64,000 nt of DNA from NCBI GenBank assembly GCA_951406725.2, contig OX597833.1:38936001-39000000 (forward strand), in the 5' to 3' direction. Made by a program: the position numbers and the translations under genes. The notes beneath the pieces are model-generated. The model was given only the letters and a program-made list of their open reading frames with translations, searched no databases and was not told where the DNA came from. Below are positions 37,654 to 50,007 of this stretch, piece by piece. This DNA comes from Octopus vulgaris. Its lineage: Eukaryota. Within the stretch, counting starts at the first letter, position 1, and each line of letters opens with the position of its first letter.

Positions 37654-39818
37654 CGTATCACATGATGCGCTACATTGTGCTTGGAGACCCCTGTCCTACA
37701 AATCTCATTGGAGGTCCACAATGGAGTATTACTCTGATCACATTTGGAATGGAGCTGTTGCTGCAGACTTAGTCACACGAGGCTGTGCCTAGTAAAAAAT
37801 CCACACGCCTGATTGTCTTTCGCCATAAGCGAGCTACGTCTTCCCTCTTCATCCCAGAACTGGCTGGATTCATGCCATCTTCACTCAATCATTAGTCTGA
37901 GTCAGGACCGGATTTAACCCAAAGGGGGCCCAGGGCACTTCAAGTTCAGTGGGCTCCTCAGAAACCAGACTTAGAATCAATGAAAATCAACAGTTTTAAA
38001 TCTCAAAACCTGTATATTGCCTATAATTGAATTTGACGAGTTAACAGAGAAAGTTTAAACGCATCTGTTAATGCAGAATTTTGTCATCTTAACTAATTAC
38101 AGCAAGTTTTACTAACTCAATGCTATATACTACTTCCATACCTACAAAAAGTCTCTCTTTCTGCATTAGGCATTTAAAAAAATGTTCAATGAATTCTTCA
38201 AACTATATTGTCTTTAGGACACTGCTCTCTATATGCAACAAGCACAGAGCACTTTCATGTGTTATCGTGGTCCTCAGGTAATTCTTTATCAGACCCAATT
38301 TACTGAATGACCTCTATTCTAAACAATATGTGACCATTAAGCTCAAAAATATTCTAAGAGCTACATCAACACAAGGAAAAGTTTCAGCAATCCCTTCGTT
38401 ATGTATTAAAAGTGCCTGCTGAGATGGGATAAAACATGACCTGAGCTTACAAAAAGCTACAAACTGTACAATTTCTTCTATGTACACCTCATTAAAATCA
38501 CAAAGAAAAGTAGTGATGAGTTTCACAGCTTCAGATCTTCTTTCTGCATCAGGTAAATAACATAGTACCACTGTGATTTTAAACTTGTCATGCACTGATT
38601 GATAGGCTACCCTGCATTTTTGTAAGACAACAGACAACTGATCTAAAATGACATTGAATGTTCTGTATTTGAATTTTTCTCTTGCAGAAAGGACAACTTC
38701 AGAAGAGGTTGATGCTGGATTTACATAGTATTTATTTCTCTTCTTTGGTCTATCTATTGTTGCTTTAAACTCTGTGTTTCCACACATGTTCCTGGCATCC
38801 ATCTCCAATTCTTCATACCTATCTCGAAGCGATTTCAGAAAGAATCAATAAGATCAATCACTTTATTCAAATCAACTCCAACTCCTTGAAAAGCTTTATT
38901 TGTACTGTTAAACCGTACAAGAATTATAGGCTAAATCTTAGCCATCAGAGTAGTTTCAAGACAATCCATTTTGTCTGCTAATGTCTGAGCTTCATATCTT
39001 GCTTCAGGTGTTTGTTCTAAGTCATCTTCAATATCTCTGAGTGCATTTTGGATGCAACTATATCCATCAATGAGGGCTTCAGTAGCATCAGTTCTTGCTG
39101 ACCAATGTGTTTCTGACAGGGACTTTAAAGTTAGCACTCTTTTATTACCTTCCAACGATTTCATTAAATTTGCCCCTCTGTGCATTGACACAGAAAAAAA
39201 GGTGTATAACCTTTGTATGAAACCAAAATAGCTAACAGCTTCGACACAGCAAGAAGCAGCAGCTTGTCCAACAAGATTTGAAAAAATGAGCAGCACAGGG
39301 AATGAAAACTGCAGCCGGATTCTTTTCTTTGAGCCTGATTTGCATTCCTGTATAATGACCAGACATATTACTGGCATTGTCATAGGACTGTCTCCTGCAG
39401 TCTTCAAAATTTATACCCATTTTTTTAGGAATTTTAAGAGTGAGATGCAGCCAGTACTTCCACTTTGTGGGAACCAGTTTGTAGGAAAGTTAAAAACCTT
39501 TCTATTGATTTACCAGAAATAACATAATGCACAGTAAGTTGTTAGTTGGTGTCGAATCTACATAAACAGAGAAATACTTGGCAGATTTAAGTTCTGCAAC
39601 AATATTATTCTTGACATATTTTGCCAACAACAGAACAATTTCTTCATGGACGGTAGGTGACATGTATGACTGCTTAACACTTCCAGGATTGCCAAATTTT
39701 TTCATGTGGCCCATTAGAAATAGATGAAATTGTGCTATAAGTTCCATAATTCCTAGAAAATTCCCATTGTGTTTAGAGCCTACATCTAAATGCTAGACCA
39801 CTCTCAGCTAAAGATATT

Positions 39819-40032
39819 TTTTTCTTCTCTAGGCACAAGGCCTGAAATTTTTGGGGAAAGGGACCACTTGATTAGAGTGACTCTTGTATGCAACTGGTGC
39901 TTAATTTATCGACCACGAAAGGATGAAAGGCAAAGTTGACCTCAACGAAATTTGAACTCAGAACGTAAAGACAGATGAAATACTGGTAAGCATTTCACCT
40001 GGCATGCTAACATGTCTGCCAGCTCACCGCCT
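39819..40032 (-). mobile_element. Family A SINE inside the hAT transposase
   Basis: 17-bp TSD with 3 mismatches at 39802-39818 and 40033-40049. Confidence 0.8.
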
Positions 40033-40092
40033 TCTCAGTTAGAAATATTGTCACAGCCACAACATGGCACAATACTTCTGTCCAGTATTTCT

Positions 40093-40251
40093 TTATTATT
40101 TACATTATTTACATTTGAAGGATATTTTTCCTCAACTTGTTTGTTGTTACCACAAACAAAATGAGGATAAGTGTTAACAACAAACAAAATGAGGACAAAT
40201 ATCCGTCAAATGTAAATCATGTAAATAATTTCTCATCTCTTAAATATAGAA
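40093..40251. mobile_element. Short palindromic copy of the 22037 Penelope-like family inside the hAT transposase
   Basis: Same arm and tail sequence as 22260-22352; 11-bp direct repeat CCAGTATTTCT at 40082-40092 and 40252-40262. Confidence 0.8.
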
Positions 40252-41544
40252 CCAGTATTTCTTGTTTTCTTGGATTTGTTTTTCCAACTCCTTTATAACA
40301 TGAGAAAATTCCCTACATAAAAGGTTGAACTTCAACACAGAATCTCTGTGGCCTTGACTTTGTTCATGTGTTTTCATTTTCTCTTCTGCTTTTTCCCAAG
40401 TTGACTTGACATTAAGGTACAGCAAAAGCAATAAACTGTACCCTTTGATGAGCTGTACAGGAGCCACTTTCTGAAAGCTGCTCACTTTTTTCCAGAATTG
40501 TATAAAACATTGAATTTTTATAATCATGGTAGTTTATCTTCACCAGATTGATAATGGTGTCGAGATTCTGGGTAGGAGTCGGAATCATTTCTATTTTGAC
40601 ATATGGCTGATTTTTTCTGAAAGAACATGGGCATATACTTTTCTCTGGCAGAAAACCACTTGGCTGGGTCTGGATCCCATGATGTCGTTATACTATCCAT
40701 GACAGTAGGAGATGATAGTTCTTTGTCTTCAATATTTTGAGGTGATATGTTCTTCGTGTTTTCTGCAGATGTACTTGGGAGTGTGACTGGTTCTTCAAAA
40801 GGGACATCTGGTACGGATTCTTCATCATTAGCCTCTGAATTTTCTTTTTTCAAAGCAAAGAAAGATTCTGTAAGACGTGTCTTTGTTAATACAGCAGCAT
40901 TTTCTTCACTTTTTTCTTCAGAAATTTTTCTCTTCTGAGATCCAGACAGTTGAATTTTCTGTGGCACTCTTGGATATTCCCAGAATATAATATATAATCT
41001 GAATAGAAGCAAATGAAAATAATTTCAAAAATAAAAGGAAGCTGGAACTGATAACAGCAATGTAGAATCACTTCATTTAATCCTGCTACAGGTATATTAA
41101 GACAGGCACTTTATGAATACCTGTTATTCTTATGTGTTTGGCAGATAAGTAGCCCTGCTGCCAAAGTTAATCAAAATTTAATAGAAAAGAGTTTGAGTGA
41201 AACAGCAAATCAAGGATTACAGATTAAGGATTTGGTTTCCATAAAATTACTTTTCTTCAAAATTATGTTTCACTTGAAGTGAAATGAATAGGTGTCAGAA
41301 TCACTTCAAAAGATATAATTTGAGAAGAAATTTTGTATTGCATAGATCTCTCTAGACTTTAAACTATCTGATGGCAATTTTTGAGCATATAACTTTTCTT
41401 TTACTTTTGTTATGTTTGTGAAGGAAGAGGGTATTTTGGATTGCAATTGAGATGTTTTGCTATTCGTATGATCCTTGTTTGTTTGTTTTGACTTTTTTTC
41501 ATTTTTTATACATCCACCTATTTATGGTCAGGTACTTATGGTAG

Positions 41545-43070
41545 TAGACTTAGATAACTTAGATAACTTAGATATGTTTCAACCAAAGATTGGTCCAGGC
41601 CATGTCTAACTTAATAGCACCACCTGATAGGATTATTCGAATCCTGTTTAAGTCAAGTTTTGTTCAAGTAGTGAGTTCTTGTTTAGTGAGTTGTATCAAG
41701 TTTTGTTCAAGTAGTGAGTTCTTGTTGGGTGAGTTGTATCGAATTATGGGTGGCTTATCTGGTATTCTTTGAAGGAATCTATCCAGACTCTGTTTAAAGT
41801 TGATGGGATCCTTTTCCTCTTTGATCTCCCTCGGGACAATGTTAAATAGGGCAGGGCCTGTTGAGGAAAAGAAATTATGTTGCAGTGTACATGTATGCTG
41901 TGATCTTGAATTGGGCAGGGGACGTATGGCCCGTAGTCCCAGTCTTGGATGAACCTTGAAGCTAATGTTAAGGTCGTTTGGGCAAAGTTGGCGATATATT
42001 CTCCACATCGTACAAATGATGTACCGCTCATGGCGACGCTGGAGGGAGTAAAGTTTCAAGGCTTTAAGGCGATCCCAATAATCGATAGCAGCCATGCCTT
42101 CAATTCGTTTAGTGAGTGCCCTCTGGGGTGACTCAATTCTGGAGATATTTTGTCTTGTATGGGGAGACCACAGTGGGCAGCAGTATTCAAGGTGTGGCCG
42201 TACAAAGGAGGAGAAAAGTGGTATGATGACACCTTGTTCTCTGGACCGGAAAGTTCTTAAGATCGAGGAACTCACCCTACGAGCTATATCGACCTTCTTG
42301 TTGATGTGTGCACTCCAACTGAGGTCGTCATCAACAGTTACACCCAGGTCTCTGATATTGTTAGAGACTGTGAGCGGTTCCTCTGAAGGAAGAGAGTATG
42401 GTTGTTTTAGTGAGGAATTTCTTCCAAAATGCATCAGCTCAAATTTTCCCTCATTCAGTTGCATTTTGTTTCTGTTTGCCCATTGACTCACAGCATATAG
42501 ATCAGACTGGAGTTGAGTTCGGTCTGCTTCTTCATTGACGATTTGCTGGAGCTTAGTTTCATCAGCAAATATTTTCACTTTGCAGTAGTGTACGACACTG
42601 GAAAGGTCGTTTATGTAAATTATGAAAAGTAGCGGACCCAAAACAGTCCCCTGGGGTACACCGCTGGTGACTTTTGCTGGGCTTGAGTGGACTCCATCAA
42701 CTACAACATGTTGTGTTCTATTTGCCAGGAAATACTTAATCCAGTGTAGAACTTTTCCACGGATTCCAACATTTGCCAATTTTGAGAGTAGGATATTATG
42801 GTCTACCCTGTCGAACGCTTTACTGAAGTCAAGATATACGACGTCAGAGTTCGAACCTGTTCCCAAGGCTTTGAGTACATCTTCAATGTGGTGTAAGAGC
42901 TGTGTTAGACAGTCCCTGCCACAGCGAAAGCCATGCTGATTTGCATTTAGGAGTTTGTGGGTCTCCAGGAAGTCAGCTATCCTTGATCTTAACACTCTTT
43001 CAAACACTTTAATGATGTGGGAGGTGAGTGAGATTGGGCAATAGTTGACTGCGAGGGATCTGTTTCCCTG
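41545..43070 (-). mobile_element. 5'-truncated CR1-like LINE with (TATCTAAGT)n tail
   Basis: Begins at GNRSLAVNYCPISLTSH; tail TTAGATAAC repeats at 41549-41575. Confidence 0.9.
41664..43007 (-). CDS. Non-LTR reverse transcriptase domain (447-aa open frame, catalytic FADD>FADE)
   Basis: QHGFR, YLDFSKAFDRVDH, SGVPQGTVLGPLLFIIYINDL, IFADETKL, RDLGV, RPHLEYC. Confidence 0.92.
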   Translation of the reverse strand: MFERVLRSRIADFLETHKLLNANQHGFRCGRDCLTQLLHHIEDVLKALGTGSNSDVVYLDFSKAFDRVDHNILLSKLANVGIRGKVLHWIKYFLANRTQHVVVDGVHSSPAKVTSGVPQGTVLGPLLFIIYINDLSSVVHYCKVKIFADETKLQQIVNEEADRTQLQSDLYAVSQWANRNKMQLNEGKFELMHFGRNSSLKQPYSLPSEEPLTVSNNIRDLGVTVDDDLSWSAHINKKVDIARRVSSSILRTFRSREQGVIIPLFSSFVRPHLEYCCPLWSPHTRQNISRIESPQRALTKRIEGMAAIDYWDRLKALKLYSLQRRHERYIICTMWRIYRQLCPNDLNISFKVHPRLGLRAIRPLPNSRSQHTCTLQHNFFSSTGPALFNIVPREIKEEKDPINFKQSLDRFLQRIPDKPPIIRYNSPNKNSLLEQNLIQLTKQELTT

Positions 43071-46000
43071 TTCGCTAAAATAACTAATGTTTGGCAGAAA
43101 TAGTTAAAAATTGGTGGGTATAGACAGTCTGAAAGAACAATTAGCAAAACTAGAAGGAAAAGCTGCAGGATAGCACCAGCAACAGGGACAAATTCTAAAC
43201 CACTGTCTTCTGTGAAATTTTTGCAAAAGTGGAAATGATATGGTAAGCAACATAATACAAAATTATACTTTGTAAAAAACAACATGAAAATAAGTTATAA
43301 CAAACTGTAGTTACATTAAAAAAATAAAAACAGAAACATTTTAAAATATTAAAAAAAAAATTGAAACATAATAGAAAAAATCATAAATTATATTCAAAAA
43401 ATTAAGGCGATCTTTTGTTTTACCGCCATATTAGGTAAAATATAAACGAAAATGAAACCAACAATAATGGAGAATGGCATAAAAATAACTTGACAATCCT
43501 GAATGTCGAAAATGAATAGGTTAATGTAAAGAAGTAGGGTATTATAAATTTCTTTTTTTTATAATTTTTCAATGACATCATTTTGTTAACTTATTAAAGT
43601 AGCATCGGAAGAAAATAAGACAGTATAAATCAAGATAATTAAGTTAGTTTTTGTACATGCCCCATTGCTGTTGGTTTTATTTTATTGTAACCATTAGCAG
43701 TGAAACTTGAGTCATGACTATAGACGATGACATTTCTCCTACATGCCACTAAATCAAAATGAACTCTTCATGACAACATATCTTCATTTCCCTAAAAGTT
43801 GTAGGATTTGGGGAAGGGATGAAAAAAATTTTTTTGATATTTTTGCATAATCATACGGGATACAGTGTGTAGAACACAAATTCACAAAATTTTCTGAAAA
43901 TACCAAAACAAAAAAAAAGAAACCTCATGACTAATTAAATGGTGGGCCAGATGTTGAAGAAGTATTTTTCTGGGACAGAATAGCTGTCCCACACTTTGTT
44001 ATTTTATTGTATTCCACATTCTGAAACACATTCAAGCCGCATTAAAAAAAATAAAAATCTCTTCACCTTACTCCTTATGTCGTACCTCTCACAAAATTTT
44101 GTTTTTGTTTTATTTTCGTTTATGTAAATTTATAAAAAAATTTAAGAGATTTGGCTGTTATTTCTAGTATGTGGAGAGACCTAGTCTTAACTTCATGCAC
44201 TAGTTGAAAACCATCTAACAAAAATTCTTCAAAGTGGTTCTCCAGCATTACCGCAGTCTAATGATTTAACAAGTACAAAAGAAAAAAAACACACAAAAAA
44301 CCCCCCAAAAAACGAAATATTCGGCATGGCTGTGTGGTAAGAAGCTTGCTTCCCAACCACATGGTTCCCGGTTCAGTCCCACTGTGCGGCACCTTGGGCA
44401 AGTATCTTCACCTGTAGTTTTTGGCTGACTAAAGCCTTGAAAGTGGATATATATGTAGGTATGTATATGCATGCCTGCATGCATGTATGTATGTACGTAT
44501 TTGTGTGTCTGTCTCTGTGTTTGTCCCGCTACCATCACTTGACAACTGATGTTGGTGTGTTTATGTCCCCGATACTTAGCGGTTCAGGAAAAGAGACCAA
44601 TACAATATGTACAAGGCTTACAAAGAATAAGTCCTGGGGTCGATTTCTTTGACTAAAGGCAGTTCTCCAGTATGGCTGAAATCAAATCACTGAAACAAGT
44701 AAAAGAATAAATACATACATGTTTTTTACTTTTCTCTGTTGTTTCACTAGCACCATGCTTTTTTTTAGGGGACTAGAGTCTGAAAGACAGAACTAGAGAC
44801 AATAAAACTTTTTTCTCAGTCTGTTTCTTTCATCGCTATATATATTCAAACACACACACACATGCTTTTGGGGACTTGTGTCACTAGAGTAGAAAAATCT
44901 GCCTTTCTTTTGCTTTTTTTTCAAATTCTATAAACTGTTGTCGCTAAAGTGGAGAAAATCTTTGGTTATTTATCATTACAGAGAATCCATTACATTTTTT
45001 AAGCAGTACAGATCTTTATAATTTGAAAGGCAGCCTCTTCATGCAAGATTATTGGGAAGTGGAAGGGCCCCTCTGAATTGAGTGCACCATATCCTTCATA
45101 GAAAGGAGTTCTCAATATTAAGGGGGCGGGTCATTGTCGAGGGTGGTTCAGAGTAATTGCACCTTAGGCACCCCCATAAATGTGGACCTTATCCAAGTCA
45201 TCTCTTTTCAAATGATGCTTTTTGTACCCAATCTCTTAGGCACCATACAATTCACTACACTCATCATTTTCTCTTCAGAATCTCGTGTGGATTTGTCTTG
45301 ATTATACAATTTGTCTAACTGGATGTTCATAAGGTGGCTACTAGGTCCGCTAGAAATAGCAGCCAAATCTTGCTCACTACATAAATGAATTAACACAAAC
45401 TACATGAATTAACACAAAATACAGAGCAACGAAAATTTTAAAAAAATGTTTATTGATTTGGTAGTCCAGGCTTAAATAGCTGCCATTTGACATATTTTAC
45501 CTTTTTTCTACAAGTGGTCATATGACCATACCCGTTCATGCCAATTGGATGTTTTAAGTCATCGAAACAGACTGCTTGCCATACCAGCAGATGTGTGGTC
45601 TGTTTTAAGCCAACAGATGGCTATAAATAAAGAATTTGTTTTGAGATAGCCAGAGAGGAGAAAATTGTTACTGGAAATATTTGACGCCATGCTTTGTGTT
45701 TACCCCTCACATATCACTGGGAAACAATGTATTTTTCTTAACAGAACTATTTGTACCTTTGGAACACAAGTGCTACTATATTCTTTTTTGTTAGTTTTGT
45801 CATGTGATGTCTCACATTTTGAAATACTTGCAAGTTGTATTTTTACTGCCATTTGCCAGCCCCGTCTGGCACCTGTGCTGGTGGCACGTAAAAAGCACCC
45901 ACTACACTCATGGAGTGGTTGGCGTTAGGAAGGGCATCCAGCCGTAGAAACATTGCTAGATCAGACTGGGCCTGGTGCAGCCTTCTGGCCTCCCAGACCC

Positions 46001-46224
46001 CAGTTGAACTGTCCAACCCATGCTAGCATGGAAAGCGGATGCTAAATGATGATGATGATGACTATGACGATGACGATGATGATGTTTGTTTCGCTTGATA
46101 TGTTTCAGAAATTAAACATTTTAATATACAAAATACAGTAAATACTTCACATTATTACATATACTATACATTAATGCAAAAAATATTGTGTTTATTAACT
46201 ATCTTCAAAATTATCACAGCAGCA

Positions 46225-46676
46225 ATGGAAAGTTGAATGACAACTTGCTAAGGCAGTTTCAAAATTCTATCAAGACCTAACACCCAGAAAAACTGATGAA
46301 TGGGGTCTTGTTTCATTAGGACAATGCTTTAGCACACAAGTCCTTGGTTTCAATGGTTGCTGTACATGACTGGTTTTGCACTGGTTGATAACCCTCCCTA
46401 TGTTAGGGATTTGGCTTTATCTGATTATCATCTGTTTCCCATCATGAAAAAATACTCGACTGGGTACCAGTATCGATATGATGAAGATGTCTTATCTGCA
46501 GTTGTTGATTATTTTGACCAACAGGATAGCTTCTTCACCAGTATGATCCAAGTACTGAGACTATTTATGAAAGTGTGTGGACAGTAAGAGGACCTATGTT
46601 TAAAAATGAACTTCATTTAGTTACATTCCATGAGAGTGTCTTGCTCAGCCTTTGAGCATTTCAGTTGACCCTCATG
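46225..46676 (+). mobile_element. Mariner 3' fragment
   Basis: LFH*DNALAHKS, PPYVRDLALSDYHLFPIMK. Confidence 0.85.
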
Positions 46677-47471
46677 ATAATAAAAATTATTATTATATCT
46701 GCATTTGTTTTATTGTTAACATTGAGAAAATCCTATTTTTTCATAAAATATTTGGAGCTGGATTTGCAAATTTTTGTTCCTGTGCCACTGTGTGTATGTG
46801 TTTGTCCCCCTGCCATTGTTTGGCAACTGGTGCTGGTGTGTTTATGTCCTTGTAACTTAGCAGTTCGGCAAAGGAGACCAATAGGATAAGTACTAGGCTT
46901 ACAGAGAATAAGTCCTGGGGTTGATTTCTTTGACTAAAACCCTTTAGGGCAGTGCTCTAGCATGGCCGCAGTCAAATGATTGAAACAATTAAAAGAAATA
47001 AAAGAAACAATATATATATATATATATGTTGATGTTTGCATGTATATATGTTTGTGTGTGTGTGAGTGTGTGTGTGTGTAAATACTATGGATCAGCTTCT
47101 AGCGTTATGTTCTTACACATATTTGTATAATGTATTTATAAACACTTTGATGCTGTTAACAACAACCACACCTGTCCATCTTCAGTTTTATCTTTATTTT
47201 CATAAACTCAGCTGAGGTGTTCCCTTAAGCCAACTCGTGTTTACTTGGATTATGTCTCCAGTCATTAATGCAGAATTTTAGGTATTTGATCTGGTCTGAG
47301 CATTAATCTGTCTGTATCTATAATATATACTTGTGTGTGCGTATGTGTGTGTGTGTGTGTGTGTATACATACGTATATATATATATATGTATGTATGTGT
47401 ATGTATAGATACATGTAAGTGTACGTATCTATTTGTATTATACTTACATACATATATATTCTTTTATTCTT

Positions 47472-47511
<40 letters not shown>

Positions 47512-47513
<2 letters not shown>

Positions 47514-48358
47514 GTGTGATGAGTAAATTGTCACCATTTTATATTTCTAGTTTCACGCATGCGCATTCTTTGTTTTTGATTTTGTCAACTACACAGTATT
47601 GTAGGGTGAGTTGGGCACCATGGCACAATTCGCTCTGCCAGAAATTTAGAAATGACATGCTGCACAGCTTGACATTCATGCTGGAAGCTCCAATACAATC
47701 CTTTACAGAGTTTTTGAGTGTCACTCTGAGTACAGTGTATATACCGAGAGTGATAACAATCAAACATTCAGTCAACATCATGGTGTTTGGAGTGATCGCT
47801 AGTGATGGTCACATTATGCTTTCATTTATCTTCCTACATGGCCTCAGACTCAGCACAGAGGCCTACATCAAGTGCCTGAAGGAGGTAGTGCTGCCCTAAT
47901 TCAAGAACGAGGCTGCTGGAAGACCCTATGTCTTTCAATAGGACTCTGCACCATGCCACACAAGCAGGAGAGCCCAGTCGTGGCTGTCAGACAATTTCTG
48001 TAACCACATCACCACTAACATTTGGCCACCTAACTCCTCAAACTGCAACCCCTTTGATTATTATGTCTGGGTCACAGTTGAGTGAGAGACCAACAAAACT
48101 CCTTTGTAACACCAAAGATGACCTGAAAGCAAGGATTATGGCAGCATTTACCAACTTAAACAAGGAAACTGTCCAGAAGAGCTGCAGGAGATTCTGAAGT
48201 CGTCTGGAGGCTGTGGTTGAAGCCAATCAATGATTTTATTGAACAAATTTATGCTTTAGCATTTCAAGATATTTTGATGTAATGTTAGTAAGTATAAAAT
48301 GGGATGTCAGTATTATTTTCAGTTTTGTGTAATTTAGATGACAATATATTCACCACAG

Positions 48359-48362
<4 letters not shown>
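47512..48362 (+). mobile_element. Internally deleted maT (DD37D) Tc1/mariner element
   Basis: IMVFGVIASDG, FQ*DSAPCHT then 37 residues to NPFDY; diverged TIRs GTGATGAGTAAATTGTCACC / GATGACAATATATTCACCAC; TA flanks. Confidence 0.85.
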
Positions 48363-48402
<40 letters not shown>

Positions 48403-48488
48403 AGCACACGCACACTCTCACACACACACACACTCACAAACACACCCATATGTGTATGTATATACATGCATACATACATATATATACA

Positions 48489-48528
<40 letters not shown>

Positions 48529-49119
48529 CATACATACATACATGTGTGAGTGTCTGTGTATATATACATCCAACTGAAACATATGGATACAAGGATGATT
48601 ATATAGTTATGGAGCTTATGTTTTGTTTGACTACTTTCCCAATGTATGATACTTCAGACGAATATCTTCAACTATAACCTCACACTCTTGGGAGTGTGAA
48701 TGGGTTGACAGAAACTACAGAGTGTGAATGGTTTGACAGAAATTTGTCATATACATACATGTATATATAGTGAGACATAGCAAGGGTTAAGGAAATATAG
48801 TCCATCATCTTATTCCTCAGTCCATTCAGAACCTGGTTAATAGAATACTTAGGTAAGAGAATCAGAATCCATATTTATTTAATTCATAGCACATTCCATA
48901 CAAACTGAAAATCCAAGGTAATTCACCTGCATTATTCACAGATTATAATATTAAACAGACTAAAGAATGAAGATGTAAGTATTACATATCTTTATCAAAG
49001 GTTGCAATCATTTCAGTTAGTTAGAGAACTGTTTCATCAATTTGTATGTAAATCCATAAAATAATTAATTTATTAATGCATGAGGTTGCTACCAGCCACC
49101 TTGTCAGATCATTGAAAGT

Positions 49120-49535
49120 TCGTCATCATCATCATCATCATCATGATGATGTATCATACGTTTTTACAGTGCATTGATAGCACTACAATGAAAGTCTTCC
49201 TGATTTAGCATGAGTTCTCCCATTAGATGAAGCTTTATTCTGTTACTTCATTTTGAGTTTCCTATAATGTTTTCTTGACAAGAGATATTCGGGTGGTTTA
49301 CCATTACCTTTCTCAACTGTATCACTGTTGGCCGACCAGGAACCCATCTGCATTTCGATGGTCTTGTTTTTACTCTTTCTGGGTGTCCAGATGGCTACCT
49401 CGCAAGAGTAGTAAGCTACTCAAGTGGGAGAGCCAGTTTAGCTACAGATCACTCAACCATGAAATAGGTAGCAATGGTTCACATGGTACCAGAAGCAGAT
49501 CCCATCAGCCTGTGATGAGATCCCTGATCTGGCGT
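49120..49535 (-). mobile_element. RTE-related short retroelement
   Basis: GAGAAAGGTAATGGTAAACCACC block typical of RTE 5' regions; (GAT)n tail. Confidence 0.5.
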
Positions 49536-49787
49536 ATAATATATATATATATATACGTTACTGTTTCAAGTCCAAGGACTTGAGATACTAATATCCAGCA
49601 GATATTCTACAATCTAATGTCCTTTAATATATTTGTTGGAAATTCTCAAAATTATACTTAGCATGTTAACTGCCATGGCCTGGTACTGGAGCTTACTGGT
49701 GATGCTATGTATTTTGTGTGCTATTGCTGTCAGTGCAATATTAGAATATATCATAATTAAACTTTAATATTTAACACTTAATATTCA

Positions 49788-50007
49788 ACCCTTCAGCATT
49801 TAAACCAGCATATTTGACCAAAATATTCGTCCTGTTTTATGTTCAAACAGGCCAGATCCAGACTCTCTCACCTATCCTACAATGTCATTGTAAAAATAAA
49901 CAGTGACATCAATGAAATCTTGAAGCTACAAGATAATGCACAATTAGTTCAAAACAATGTGAATAAATAAGTATTACATTTGACCGAGTAATCTGGACAC
50001 TGGTGGG
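49788..50007. mobile_element. piggyBac-like MITE
   Basis: CCCTTCAGCATTTAAACC...GGG|TTAA; a partial inverted copy lies at ~25390-25537. Confidence 0.6.

Larger units (their letters stand above)
38170..41012 (-). pseudogene. hAT transposase pseudogene (ZMYM1/DUF4371-like, with dimerisation domain)
   Basis: KYFSVYVDSTP, CRRQSYDNASNMSG, FIPCAAH, LSETHWSARTDA, FPCVDVALRIFLSLMVT; multiple frameshifts. Confidence 0.92.
37903..45190 (-). mobile_element. Decayed hAT transposon with four nested insertions; right boundary tentative
   Basis: TIR CAGGACCGGATTTA at 37903 and degenerate TAAATGTGGACCTT ending at 45190; flanks GTCTGAGT / ATCCAAGT differ by three transitions. Confidence 0.6.

Noticed and set aside
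49330-49440. Possible HDV-like ribozyme in the RTE-related element (CCATCTG/CAGATGG pairing)
   Set aside because: P1, P3 and P1.1 could not be assembled by eye.
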